Source: Candidatus Bathyarchaeota archaeon | GTDB lineage: Archaea > Thermoproteota > Bathyarchaeia > 40CM-2-53-6 > RBG-13-38-9 | Assembly (NCBI GenBank): GCA_026015185.1 | Contig: JAOZGX010000114.1 | Location: 1-61,962 of the forward strand | Direction: 5' to 3' | Length of the DNA: 61,962 nucleotides | Notes under the pieces: generated by a model | Database searches by the model: none | What the model saw: only the letters and a program-made list of their open reading frames with translations | What the model was told of the DNA's origin: nothing | In this document: positions 46,043-54,401 of the stretch, piece after piece | How the letters are laid out: each line of letters begins with the position of its first letter | How positions within the stretch are numbered: the first letter of the stretch is position 1 | Position numbers and translations under genes: made by a program

Positions 46043-46906
46043 CTATTTTTCTCTACGATTATCAATTTCTTTCTTTATAGCCTCTTTCATCACGTCTATT
46101 GGAGGTTCTCTACCAGTCCAGATTTTGAATGCCATGGCCCCTTGATAAACTAGCATATCAATCCCATCTATCGCCTTTGCACCTATTCTTTTAGCGTTTT
46201 GTATTAACTTTGTTCCATTTGGGCTATACACTATATCAAAAATACAAATTTTAGAAGTTAGCCATTCAGATTTAATTAGATTTTCTGATTTGGGATTCAT
46301 ACCAATACTGGTGGCGTTTATCAAAATATCAGCGTCAATAAGGTTTTGACGAACAGCTTCTTGGGATAAGTGATCCCAAGTTATTTCAATATCAAACATT
46401 AATTTTAGATTATCAGTTAACTTCTTAGCTCTCTCTTCAGTCCTATTTAGTATCATAATTTTTTTAACAAATTTGGATAAAGTGAATGCGATAGATTTAG
46501 CAGAGCCGCCCGCACCAAGCAATAAGATCTTTTTCTCTTTCAGCTCAACTTTATTATCTTTTAATGCCTTAATAGCTCCGATTCCATCTGTATTATAACC
46601 AACTAATTGACTATCTCTATTTACAATTGTATTTACGGAACCTATTTTTTTTGCCTCTGGATCAATCTCGTCTAAGTAATTAATCACATCCTCTTTGTGC
46701 GGTATTGTCACATTCAGGCCATGTATTCCTAGAGAGCGAATACCTGAAATAGATTCATGAAGATGTTCGCTTTCAACTTCAAATGCAATATAAATGAGAT
46801 CTAGACCTAATTCTCTAAATGCAGCATTATGCATAGCTGGACTTAATGTATGATCTATTGGGTGTCCAATTATACCGCAGACTTTGGTATTCCCTGATAT
46901 ATTCAT
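46043..46906 (-). CDS. aroE: Shikimate dehydrogenase
   Basis: GHPIDHTLSP.MHNAAF, NVTIPHK, NTDG and GAGGSAKS motifs. Confidence 0.9.
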   Translation of the reverse strand: MNISGNTKVCGIIGHPIDHTLSPAMHNAAFRELGLDLIYIAFEVESEHLHESISGIRSLGIHGLNVTIPHKEDVINYLDEIDPEAKKIGSVNTIVNRDSQLVGYNTDGIGAIKALKDNKVELKEKKILLLGAGGSAKSIAFTLSKFVKKIMILNRTEERAKKLTDNLKLMFDIEITWDHLSQEAVRQNLIDADILINATSIGMNPKSENLIKSEWLTSKICIFDIVYSPNGTKLIQNAKRIGAKAIDGIDMLVYQGAMAFKIWTGREPPIDVMKEAIKKEIDNRREK

Positions 46907-47584
46907 TCAAGTATTAAATCCTAATTTGTTGTATAATTCCTTCAATTCCCCAATTTCAATTTGACCAGGGCCTGTTTCCTGGCCTTTTTCTAATGAGGCC
47001 ATTGTGAAGAATCCACCAAAGATTGGAGAAAAGATTCTAGATATTTTACCAAATTCACCCATAGCAAAACATACAATTTTTGATTTTTCAAAGTTTTCAT
47101 TAAGAAAACTCAATAATCTTAAATTATCATTGTAATCGTTAGCTGTAGTAACTATCTTGCAAACATCCATATCTATTTTTAACATCTCCTCATAAATCCT
47201 TCGAATTTCATTATTTGAAGGAGTTTTATTGAAATCATGATGCGAAATAATAACATCTGATCCGAGTGAATGTAGATCTTTAGTTATTTTGGCAACATCT
47301 TTTGTGGAAAGCTCAATATCAACATATTTAAAACCGCTTCTAGCTGCATCTAAAAGAATCTTAACTCTAGCATCTTCATCTTCTTTGAAAGAACCACCTT
47401 CGTCTGCTGACCTGTTTGTTGCTATGAGCGGTATTTTAGTTGATTTTACGATATTTTTCATATTATTGAAATCATTAAAATAATCCAATCTTATTTCAAT
47501 TAAATCAGGATTATTCTTCTCAACAGATCTGATTTTCCTAATAGCGTTTTCGATATTATCAGCTAAGATACAAACACATATCAA
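46907..47584 (-). CDS. aroD: 3-dehydroquinate dehydratase, type I
   Basis: EIRLD.. and ...SHHDF... motifs, about 225 aa, contiguous with aroE. Confidence 0.8.
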   Translation of the reverse strand: MICVCILADNIENAIRKIRSVEKNNPDLIEIRLDYFNDFNNMKNIVKSTKIPLIATNRSADEGGSFKEDEDARVKILLDAARSGFKYVDIELSTKDVAKITKDLHSLGSDVIISHHDFNKTPSNNEIRRIYEEMLKIDMDVCKIVTTANDYNDNLRLLSFLNENFEKSKIVCFAMGEFGKISRIFSPIFGGFFTMASLEKGQETGPGQIEIGELKELYNKLGFNT

Positions 47585-47589
47585 AACCT

Positions 47590-48663
47590 TCAGCGCTCAA
47601 TCACCGTTTCTTCCTCGACCCTTGTTCCAAAATGCCTTCCTCCCTCTTCGATCCTCACTTTAACTTTATCCCCTTTCTTCAAATCTGTAACTGATTTTGA
47701 ACCATCATCTGTAACCACCCTAATAGTTTCTGCGTTTTGGACTATCGTCTTAATCATCTTGTTATCTTTTTTAGCCTCTATAAGCAGTAAAGGCCTCAAC
47801 TCGATCTTAACTCTTCCAATATTGCTTAATCTTACATTTCCATCTCTGGCAACTATTGCTACTTCATCGCCCGCTTTCAATTCCGATAAATACTTTGTTT
47901 TATTATCGGAAGATAAAATATACAATGATACTGGGCCAGCATTTACTCTAAAAGGTCTTGTCTCAACATAAGGGCTTTCATGAGTTTCAGACTCTATTAA
48001 GAAAAGGGCCGAGGATTGGCTACCGACAAGCATGCCTTCACCCTTTTTCATTAAATCACAGCTATCTATGCAAACTCTAGCTCCCATGCTTATTGTCTTT
48101 GTATCAACTATTTCTGCATCAGTTAACTCTAGTTCAGTAGAACTTTCCTTGATTATGGAATAAGTTTTGGAGAGATCCTCTGTACTAGGGGCGACTAGCA
48201 TTATCCCATCGGCACCAAGTTCTAATGTCTTAAGTGCAACATTCGCTTCTTCTGGACTAGAGACTTCTGCAATTAAAACACACTTACCGTGTACTTGGGC
48301 TATGATATTCTCTAAAGGTATTATTTTCCAATCTTTACAGCTGATTAAAATATAATCTGCTAATAAATCAACAGCTTTAATGACTAATTCTTCATCTTTT
48401 CGATCTTTGATTTCTATCCTAACAGCTATTTTTCTTCCTGATTTCTTGAAATCGGCAAATAGATCCTCATCTAATTCATCTAATAAGGCTATTTCACTCG
48501 ATTCAAACTTTGAGCATGTTTTTATTTTGTTTTTATGCAATTTTGCAAGTAATTCTTCATCATCTGCTAGAACTATATCACAATATTGAGAAGATGCTTG
48601 AATTAACTCATCTAGATTCTTTGAAGGCAATTCTCTTTGAATATTCAGCCAAAACTTTTTCAC
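47590..48663 (-). CDS. 3-dehydroquinate synthase II (archaeal type)
   Basis: About 357 aa with no NAD/Zn DHQS-I motifs. Its position between ADH synthase and aroD, and its overall pattern, are typical of archaeal DHQ synthase II. Confidence 0.75.
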   Translation of the reverse strand: MKKFWLNIQRELPSKNLDELIQASSQYCDIVLADDEELLAKLHKNKIKTCSKFESSEIALLDELDEDLFADFKKSGRKIAVRIEIKDRKDEELVIKAVDLLADYILISCKDWKIIPLENIIAQVHGKCVLIAEVSSPEEANVALKTLELGADGIMLVAPSTEDLSKTYSIIKESSTELELTDAEIVDTKTISMGARVCIDSCDLMKKGEGMLVGSQSSALFLIESETHESPYVETRPFRVNAGPVSLYILSSDNKTKYLSELKAGDEVAIVARDGNVRLSNIGRVKIELRPLLLIEAKKDNKMIKTIVQNAETIRVVTDDGSKSVTDLKKGDKVKVRIEEGGRHFGTRVEEETVIER

Positions 48664-49461
48664 TTATTCTCCTTCCAAAATACTCATGGCATCCTCAACT
48701 GAAGCTTTATCATGAACTATGGCTGAAAGTGCTTTAGACATCGATGTAGGATTCTCATGCTGAAATACATTCCTACCTACAGAAAGTCCAGATCCTCCTG
48801 CTTTTATTGAATCAAAAACCATCTGTAAAACCTCTTTATCTGTTTTGGCTTTTGGACCGCCTGCAATTACAACAGGGACTGGGCAACATGAAGTTATCTC
48901 TCTAAAAGTTTCAATGCTTCCAGTATAATTAGTCTTAACTACATCTGCTCCTAACTCAGCACCCAATCTTGCTACATGGTTTATGAATTCTGGATCGTGT
49001 TCATTTTTTATATTCGGTCCCCTAGGATACATCATTGCAAGCAACGGCAATCCAAAATGGTCACACTCATCAGCTATCATGCCCATATCCATAAGCATCT
49101 GACTTTCTTCTTCGCAACCGATATTAACATGTATAGAAACGGCATCTGCTCCAAGTTTAATCGCTTCTTCAACTGAACAAACTTGGACCTTCAAATTAGG
49201 TTTCTGGCTTAATTTCGTAGATCCGCTAAGGTGTATTATTAGACCTAAATCTTTTGCGTCAACCGTTTTAGCTATACCTTTATGGATGATGATGGCATCG
49301 GCACCACCTTCAGCAAGCTTATCCAGGATATCTTGCATATTTGTTAGCCCTTTAACAGGCCCGGTTGAAACTCCATGATCCATTGGAACTATGACAGTCC
49401 TATCGTCTTTCCTAAAGATTCTTCTTAATCTTCTTTCCTTTCCCCAATTCAAAAAAAACAC
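48664..49461 (-). CDS. 2-amino-3,7-dideoxy-D-threo-hept-6-ulosonate (ADH) synthase, class I aldolase family
   Basis: VPMDHG and VVKTNYTG (Schiff-base Lys) aldolase pattern, 265 aa, contiguous with DHQ synthase II. Confidence 0.75.
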   Translation of the reverse strand: MFFLNWGKERRLRRIFRKDDRTVIVPMDHGVSTGPVKGLTNMQDILDKLAEGGADAIIIHKGIAKTVDAKDLGLIIHLSGSTKLSQKPNLKVQVCSVEEAIKLGADAVSIHVNIGCEEESQMLMDMGMIADECDHFGLPLLAMMYPRGPNIKNEHDPEFINHVARLGAELGADVVKTNYTGSIETFREITSCCPVPVVIAGGPKAKTDKEVLQMVFDSIKAGGSGLSVGRNVFQHENPTSMSKALSAIVHDKASVEDAMSILEGE

Positions 49462-49462
49462 C

Positions 49463-50500
49463 TTAAAAATACTTCTTAGCTTTCAAATATTCTGCATTTA
49501 GAATTGAGCATCCAGCCGCTCCTCTAATTGTATTATGGCCTAATACCAAATATTTAATTCCATCTAAAGCCGTATCTCTTCTCAATCTGCCAACTACAAC
49601 GGACATTCCGCCTCCAGCCATTCGATCAAGTCTTGGCTGAGGTCTATTGCTTTCCTTTCTAAGAACAATTGGTTTGTTTGGAGCCGTAGGGAGCCTTAAT
49701 TTTTGAGGTTCTCCAGAAAAATTGTTCATTACATCGGTTATGTTTTCTATAGTTGCTTCTTTTTCCGTCTCGAGAAAAACCGCTTCTAAATGGCCATCTA
49801 TAGTTGGAACTCTATGGCAACTTGCAGAAACTTTAAAACTGGCCATGCTCGATGAAGAGCCTAAAATCTTTAAAGTCTCTTGCTGAACTTTTTCTTCTTC
49901 TTTATTTATGAATGGAAGAACGTTATCGATCATATCTAAGGATGATTCCCCTGGATAACCGGCTCCTGAGAGTGCTTGCATGGTAGACACAATAACTCGT
50001 TTTATTCCAAATTCATCAGATATCGGTTTCAATGAGAGAGTGAAAATTGCAGCAGTACAATTAGGATTTGTAATTATCGCACCATCCCATTTTCTTCTTC
50101 TTCTTTGGATATCCAAGAGACTAATATGTTCACCATTTACTTCAGGATTAAGAATTGGGACATCTGGATCCATTCTATGGGAGGAAGCATTACTAAAAAC
50201 TAAAGATCCAGATTTCGCAAAAGACTCTTCTACCTTACCCGCCTCCTCAGAAGGTAGAGCAGAAAAAATAATATCGGCATCATCTAATGCTTTGGGATCA
50301 GTTGGTTTCACTTTGAGTTCGCCAATACTTTCTGGTATAGAATCTAAGAATTTCCATCGAATAGCATCTTGGTATTGTAGTCCTTTGCTCCTATTCGATG
50401 CTGCAACGGCGGATATTTCAAACCAAGGATGATCTAAAAGCAAATGAACGAATCTTTGACCGACTGCTCCTGTTGCACCAAGTATTGCTGCTTTTATCAT
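49463..50500 (-). CDS. asd: Aspartate-semialdehyde dehydrogenase
   Basis: GATGAVGQRF, NPNCTA (active-site Cys), RVPTIDGH. Confidence 0.9.
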   Translation of the reverse strand: MIKAAILGATGAVGQRFVHLLLDHPWFEISAVAASNRSKGLQYQDAIRWKFLDSIPESIGELKVKPTDPKALDDADIIFSALPSEEAGKVEESFAKSGSLVFSNASSHRMDPDVPILNPEVNGEHISLLDIQRRRRKWDGAIITNPNCTAAIFTLSLKPISDEFGIKRVIVSTMQALSGAGYPGESSLDMIDNVLPFINKEEEKVQQETLKILGSSSSMASFKVSASCHRVPTIDGHLEAVFLETEKEATIENITDVMNNFSGEPQKLRLPTAPNKPIVLRKESNRPQPRLDRMAGGGMSVVVGRLRRDTALDGIKYLVLGHNTIRGAAGCSILNAEYLKAKKYF

Positions 50501-51750
50501 GTATTCTCACCTATCGCTTTTTTGATTAATTCTTTAGATTTTTTTGCACTCTTCCAATCGACGAAAACCAATATGCTGGATGTTATAGTTAATATCCCAA
50601 AGATATTGATATCATTAACCATTAAACTTTCTGAAATTCTTCCAATTATGCCAGGAGTCTCTTCAAGACCAGAGCCTTTAATTTTAATAAAACCAAGTTT
50701 TTTACGAATCGTCATAGAGATTAAGTCTTTAGATCTTTTCACCCCATCATGAATGGCTTTTAGTGTAGATTCCAAATTTTGGTTCTCGATCACATATATA
50801 ATGATGGAATTAAAATTTAGTGATAACCCGGCTAAATCTTGATTTCTTTTGATCTTTTTGATCAGCCCATATATTAAATCAGGTTTCTCTGAAATTCTAT
50901 TTCCAATAATTGTAACAGAAGCTATGGAGGAATTATCAAGTTCCACACTCAAATTTGATGTAATCCCTCCTGTTATAATGGTACCATTTGTAGAAAGATC
51001 ACCGTTCATGTGGCTAATTACCTTAACATTTGATTCTGGAGCTTTATATTTTAGTGCTTTTCTATGTATGAATTTTTTTCCAGAATCAGCTAATGAAAGT
51101 AACGAATCTATGCTGATCTCGGGAATCCTTTCAGCATCGGGTATTAATTTTGGATCAGCCGTCATTATTCCATTAGAATCAGTAACCATAATAACTTCAT
51201 TTGATTTCAAAGCTTTAGCTAAAATAAAAGCTGTAGTATCACTACCGCCTCTTCCTATAGTACTTATTTTACCACTTTGAGTCTTTCCGATGAATCCTGC
51301 AATTACTGGAACTATGTTCTTGGATAGAAGCGGTTCAACAAAATCTTTTACTTTCTTTTCACACTCATCCAGTATTGGATTCGCATTTGAATAGTTGTCA
51401 TCAGTTATTATTGGCCATGCTTTATCAGAAGGATCAAAATATTTTGATTTTAATCCTTCTGCTTTTAGAAATGCGGCAAAGATTCTCGCACTAATCCTTT
51501 CTCCCATAGATAGGATGTCATCTTCATCTTCTCTCTCTATCGATTTATTAGTACTATGAAGTATACTTAGCAATTCATCCGTAGTTTTTCCCATAGCGGA
51601 AACAACCACTATGACCTTTTCACCACTTTTTACTGCTTTGACTATAGATGATGCTGCTCTCGTAATTCTCTCAGGATCAGCGATACTTGTACCTCCAAAT
51701 TTAACAATAACTCTTTTACTTGTATCTGCACTGTGACCTGAATCTGGCAA
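50497..51750 (-). CDS. Aspartate kinase
   Basis: VVKFGGTS, GRGGSDTTA and C-terminal ACT repeats. 4-nt overlap with asd. Confidence 0.9.
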   Translation of the reverse strand: MPDSGHSADTSKRVIVKFGGTSIADPERITRAASSIVKAVKSGEKVIVVVSAMGKTTDELLSILHSTNKSIEREDEDDILSMGERISARIFAAFLKAEGLKSKYFDPSDKAWPIITDDNYSNANPILDECEKKVKDFVEPLLSKNIVPVIAGFIGKTQSGKISTIGRGGSDTTAFILAKALKSNEVIMVTDSNGIMTADPKLIPDAERIPEISIDSLLSLADSGKKFIHRKALKYKAPESNVKVISHMNGDLSTNGTIITGGITSNLSVELDNSSIASVTIIGNRISEKPDLIYGLIKKIKRNQDLAGLSLNFNSIIIYVIENQNLESTLKAIHDGVKRSKDLISMTIRKKLGFIKIKGSGLEETPGIIGRISESLMVNDINIFGILTITSSILVFVDWKSAKKSKELIKKAIGENT

Positions 51751-52096
51751 ACTTAGATCTCCCCTAGGATCGGTTCGGAAGGATCTTGAAAGCTATAAAC
51801 GCTTAATGCATATTTTGCAATAGAGCTAGTATCATATTCTCTGCTATGTTTATTAGGGAATATTGTCGAAGCTAGTTGATTTTGATTTTTAGTTTTGAAA
51901 AATACTTGTTTCACTAACGAAATAAACGAAATCACCGAAAATACGGTCACCCAAGTTAATCACCTGATATCTGTCTATAACTCACTTTTCTTTGCTAATT
52001 GGAGATATATTAAGTTAACTCATAAATTACGAATATGTTAATTATTACATTCTAATTCTTCTTTATCCTCTCTTAGTTCATTTGCTATCCTAACGG

Positions 52097-52158
52097 GGTT
52101 CTGTTAACTTATCAAGTGATTGAATGTAAAAATCCTTCTTGTTAACTTTCGAGTGATG
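52097..52158. repeat. Left terminal inverted repeat
   Basis: GGTTCTGTTAACTT-29 nt-TGTTAACTTTCGAGTGATG. Confidence 0.85.
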
Positions 52159-52182
52159 GTAACGCGCATTAAAAAATAGGAA

Positions 52183-52806
52183 TTATTTTTGATTTATTTT
52201 TTTCAAATTAGAAAGAATTTTCAGTATTTGTTTGTCTAATCCTTCCATTAATACTAAAAGAATTTTATCCACATCAGCAAGATGTTTGGGAGGATATAGT
52301 GTACGTGAGTTCTCTCTGATTCCAATTTGAGTATTTAAGACTTCGATTAGATGATAGTTTTCTTCAATTTCCTTAAGTTGCTTATATTTTAGACGTGATA
52401 GAAATCCACTGATCTTTACTAGATCCCAAGCAGAGTTGTGAAGAAATATAGGCGATCCAATTACTTGCCTCTTTTCTTTGGCTATTGCAATATTTTTGTT
52501 ACACAATTCTTTATTCAACTCAATTATTCTTAAATTCTCTTTCAACTCAGTTAGAAGATTACCGATAACCTTCTGTTTCTCTTTAGACTCTCTTTTTCTA
52601 TCTCTCCAAATCTCCCAACTCATAGTAAGAATAAAACCAAAGATGGTAGCGCCCACTCCACTTAGGAATCCAAGCAAGTAATCATTGACCAACAAGAAAA
52701 GCCCAATGGCTAGTGTCCATAATATGATATTTGTTGCAAAGCGAATAAAAATCCTATCAACCGATTTTCTTATCGTGCCATTTCTTAGTAATGAATGATG
52801 CGACAA
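52183..52806 (-). CDS. Membrane protein (2 TM plus helical cytoplasmic domain), cassette passenger
   Basis: 207 aa. Hydrophobic helices at about residues 25-65, then a K/E-rich helical domain. Overlaps the upstream gene by 50 nt. Confidence 0.5.
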   Translation of the reverse strand: MSHHSLLRNGTIRKSVDRIFIRFATNIILWTLAIGLFLLVNDYLLGFLSGVGATIFGFILTMSWEIWRDRKRESKEKQKVIGNLLTELKENLRIIELNKELCNKNIAIAKEKRQVIGSPIFLHNSAWDLVKISGFLSRLKYKQLKEIEENYHLIEVLNTQIGIRENSRTLYPPKHLADVDKILLVLMEGLDKQILKILSNLKKINQK

Positions 52807-53434
52807 TTACGGAACTCAATAGACCAATTGCTATCAGATAAGGTGAAAGCACTTCCAACTTATTTACACTATAGAGATGCCCACCTACCGCAGATACTCG
52901 ATAGAAGCATCCGTAAGCTCTAAGCATAAATTGCGCATCACCATAGTCGAACCAAGTATGTGGCATAAATTCATGTGAGCGCAAAAGGGAAGGTGTATAT
53001 TCTGCATCGAGATCGAAACCAACAGTAAAACTGTCATCTGTCAAGACCTCTAATGCAAGGTAAAAGGAATCTACCACATGGATATCATATCCTAACAAAT
53101 CATAATATGACCAATCTCCTGTAACGGTTGGAATTATGGGTAAAGGTCCAAATATTACCGACTTTCCATCACTATGGAAAATATACAGGTTGAAGGGTTC
53201 TCCGTTGCTATACCAAATAAATAAAGCAACTCTCGATATCTCCCCACGATTGTAGTGTGGGGTTAGACTAAATTTCACACCATAATAATCGCCTGGCGAT
53301 TGACCACTTGCCCCATCAAATTCTCCATCATCATAAAACATCCATTTACAATCTTGTTGTGCATAAACGCTAGGTATGTTGGATATTAAACCAGAAATTA
53401 GAAGAACAATTGGTATGAAGATTTTTAATTCCAT
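52757..53434 (-). CDS. Secreted surface protein with VGG...PY-TM-basic C-terminus, cassette passenger
   Basis: Signal peptide. The C-terminus is AVGGHLYSVNKLEVLSPYLIAIGLLSSVIVASFITKKWHDKKIG. Confidence 0.55.
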   Translation of the reverse strand: MELKIFIPIVLLISGLISNIPSVYAQQDCKWMFYDDGEFDGASGQSPGDYYGVKFSLTPHYNRGEISRVALFIWYSNGEPFNLYIFHSDGKSVIFGPLPIIPTVTGDWSYYDLLGYDIHVVDSFYLALEVLTDDSFTVGFDLDAEYTPSLLRSHEFMPHTWFDYGDAQFMLRAYGCFYRVSAVGGHLYSVNKLEVLSPYLIAIGLLSSVIVASFITKKWHDKKIG

Positions 53435-53521
53435 TAATCCCCACCCCTTAATTACAATTAATGGTATAATTTATTTGTAATAATCAAATAGCATCAAATG
53501 AAAATATAAATGTCGTTATCT

Positions 53522-53583
53522 CATCACTCGAAAGTTAACAGGAGAGATTTCCTATCGCCGTCACGCTAGAAGTTAACAGAACC
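53522..53583. repeat. Right terminal inverted repeat
   Basis: CATCACTCGAAAGTTAACA-29 nt-AAGTTAACAGAACC. Confidence 0.85.
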
Positions 53584-53687
53584 CCTAACGGCCAGATTTG
53601 GATCCCATTCTCATACTTCATTGATGTTCACATCTAAGTTAATTCTTAATTATAACATACTGACTATACATATCTATCGAGTTCTAA

Positions 53688-54005
53688 ATGAATAATTCTC
53701 TAAGGATTGGAATTATTTCTGGTGCAATTGCTGGATTAATTGCGAGCATATTTGTCATTTATGTTAGCATACCTTTGATCTATGAATTAGGTTCTCATTA
53801 TTGGTTTTAGCGCGCGCGCTTTGAGCAGAGAGATTTTGATGGAGCAAATCAGCATGCCAAAAGCTCTATTGAACTCGTAAACATAGCATATACTAAAGAG
53901 GCCGATTTTATCTCCAAGATGAAGATGATAGCGGTTATCCTTGTTGGCTTGTTCATTGCAATTTCTTTAATTGTAGTTTGTAAAAGGAGATCGAGAAAAA
54001 AATAA
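53688..54005 (+). pseudogene. Small two-TM reading frame interrupted by one in-frame TAG
   Basis: MNNSLRIGIISGAIAGLIASIFVIYVSIPLIYELGSHYWF-TAG(53808-53810)-RARFEQRDF...MKMIAVILVGLFIAISLIVVCKRRSRKK*. The TAG is the first triplet of the TAGCGCGCGCGCT motif. Confidence 0.3.
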
Positions 54006-54015
54006 TTACTATTAC

Positions 54016-54237
54016 TCACTTATTATGCTTGAGTTTTTTTAAACTTTCTAAAGTCTTCTGTGTTGGAGCAAGCTTTGATCCCAACCTTGTTTCTAAATCA
54101 TCCAATAACTTTTCAAAAGCAGCCTTATCATTTTTGATTACCTATGTAGATTTAACATATTTCTGATCTTTTGAAGCAAGCTTAGATACCATTTTGGTTT
54201 CTAAAGCAACTAACAATCTCGTTAGGTTAATGTTCAT
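54016..54237 (-). pseudogene. Small repeat-containing reading frame interrupted by one in-frame TAG
   Basis: MNINLTRLLVALETKMVSKLASKDQKYVKST-TAG(54142-54144)-VIKNDKAAFEKLLDDLETRLGSKLAPTQKTLESLKKLKHNK*. The LET.(M/L).SKLA motif occurs on both sides of the stop. Confidence 0.25.
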
Positions 54238-54401
54238 AATCAGACTCAAGCCTATTTGAATTAGAAAATTTTAAATAGAAATATTATGCGTTCTAACTCT
54301 GAGATTCTCTAATATATAGGCAGTTTATCAAGATTTAATAATTCGGAATTAAGCTAACAAAAATTGGAGTGTGCTTTCTTTAATCAAATCTGACAAAATC
54401 G

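Larger units (their letters stand above)
52097..53583. mobile_element. Non-autonomous TIR-bounded two-gene cassette with flanking direct duplication
   Basis: Terminal inverted repeats at 52097-52158 and 53522-53583. The 8-mer CCTAACGG lies directly outside both ends. No transposase or recombinase ORF lies inside. Confidence 0.6.

Noticed and set aside
51753-51950. 65-aa ORF immediately upstream of aspartate kinase
   Set aside because: Low-complexity product with no motif. It occupies the expected promoter/5' region of the lysC-asd-aro operon, so it is more likely non-coding.
52097-53583. An invertible phase-variation switch (invertase-type) as an explanation for the inverted repeats
   Set aside because: The promoter region of the two genes lies inside the segment and would invert with them, so inversion would not switch expression. 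No recombinase is adjacent. The flanking direct duplication fits transposition better.
53808-54144. TAG recoding (pyrrolysine or read-through) as an explanation for the two in-frame TAG codons
   Set aside because: TAG terminates several confident genes in the window at conserved C-termini. No pyl genes or methylamine methyltransferases are visible. The URO-D-superfamily gene at 19926..20930 does not look like MtaA/MtbA. Pseudogenisation or separate small ORFs is more parsimonious.
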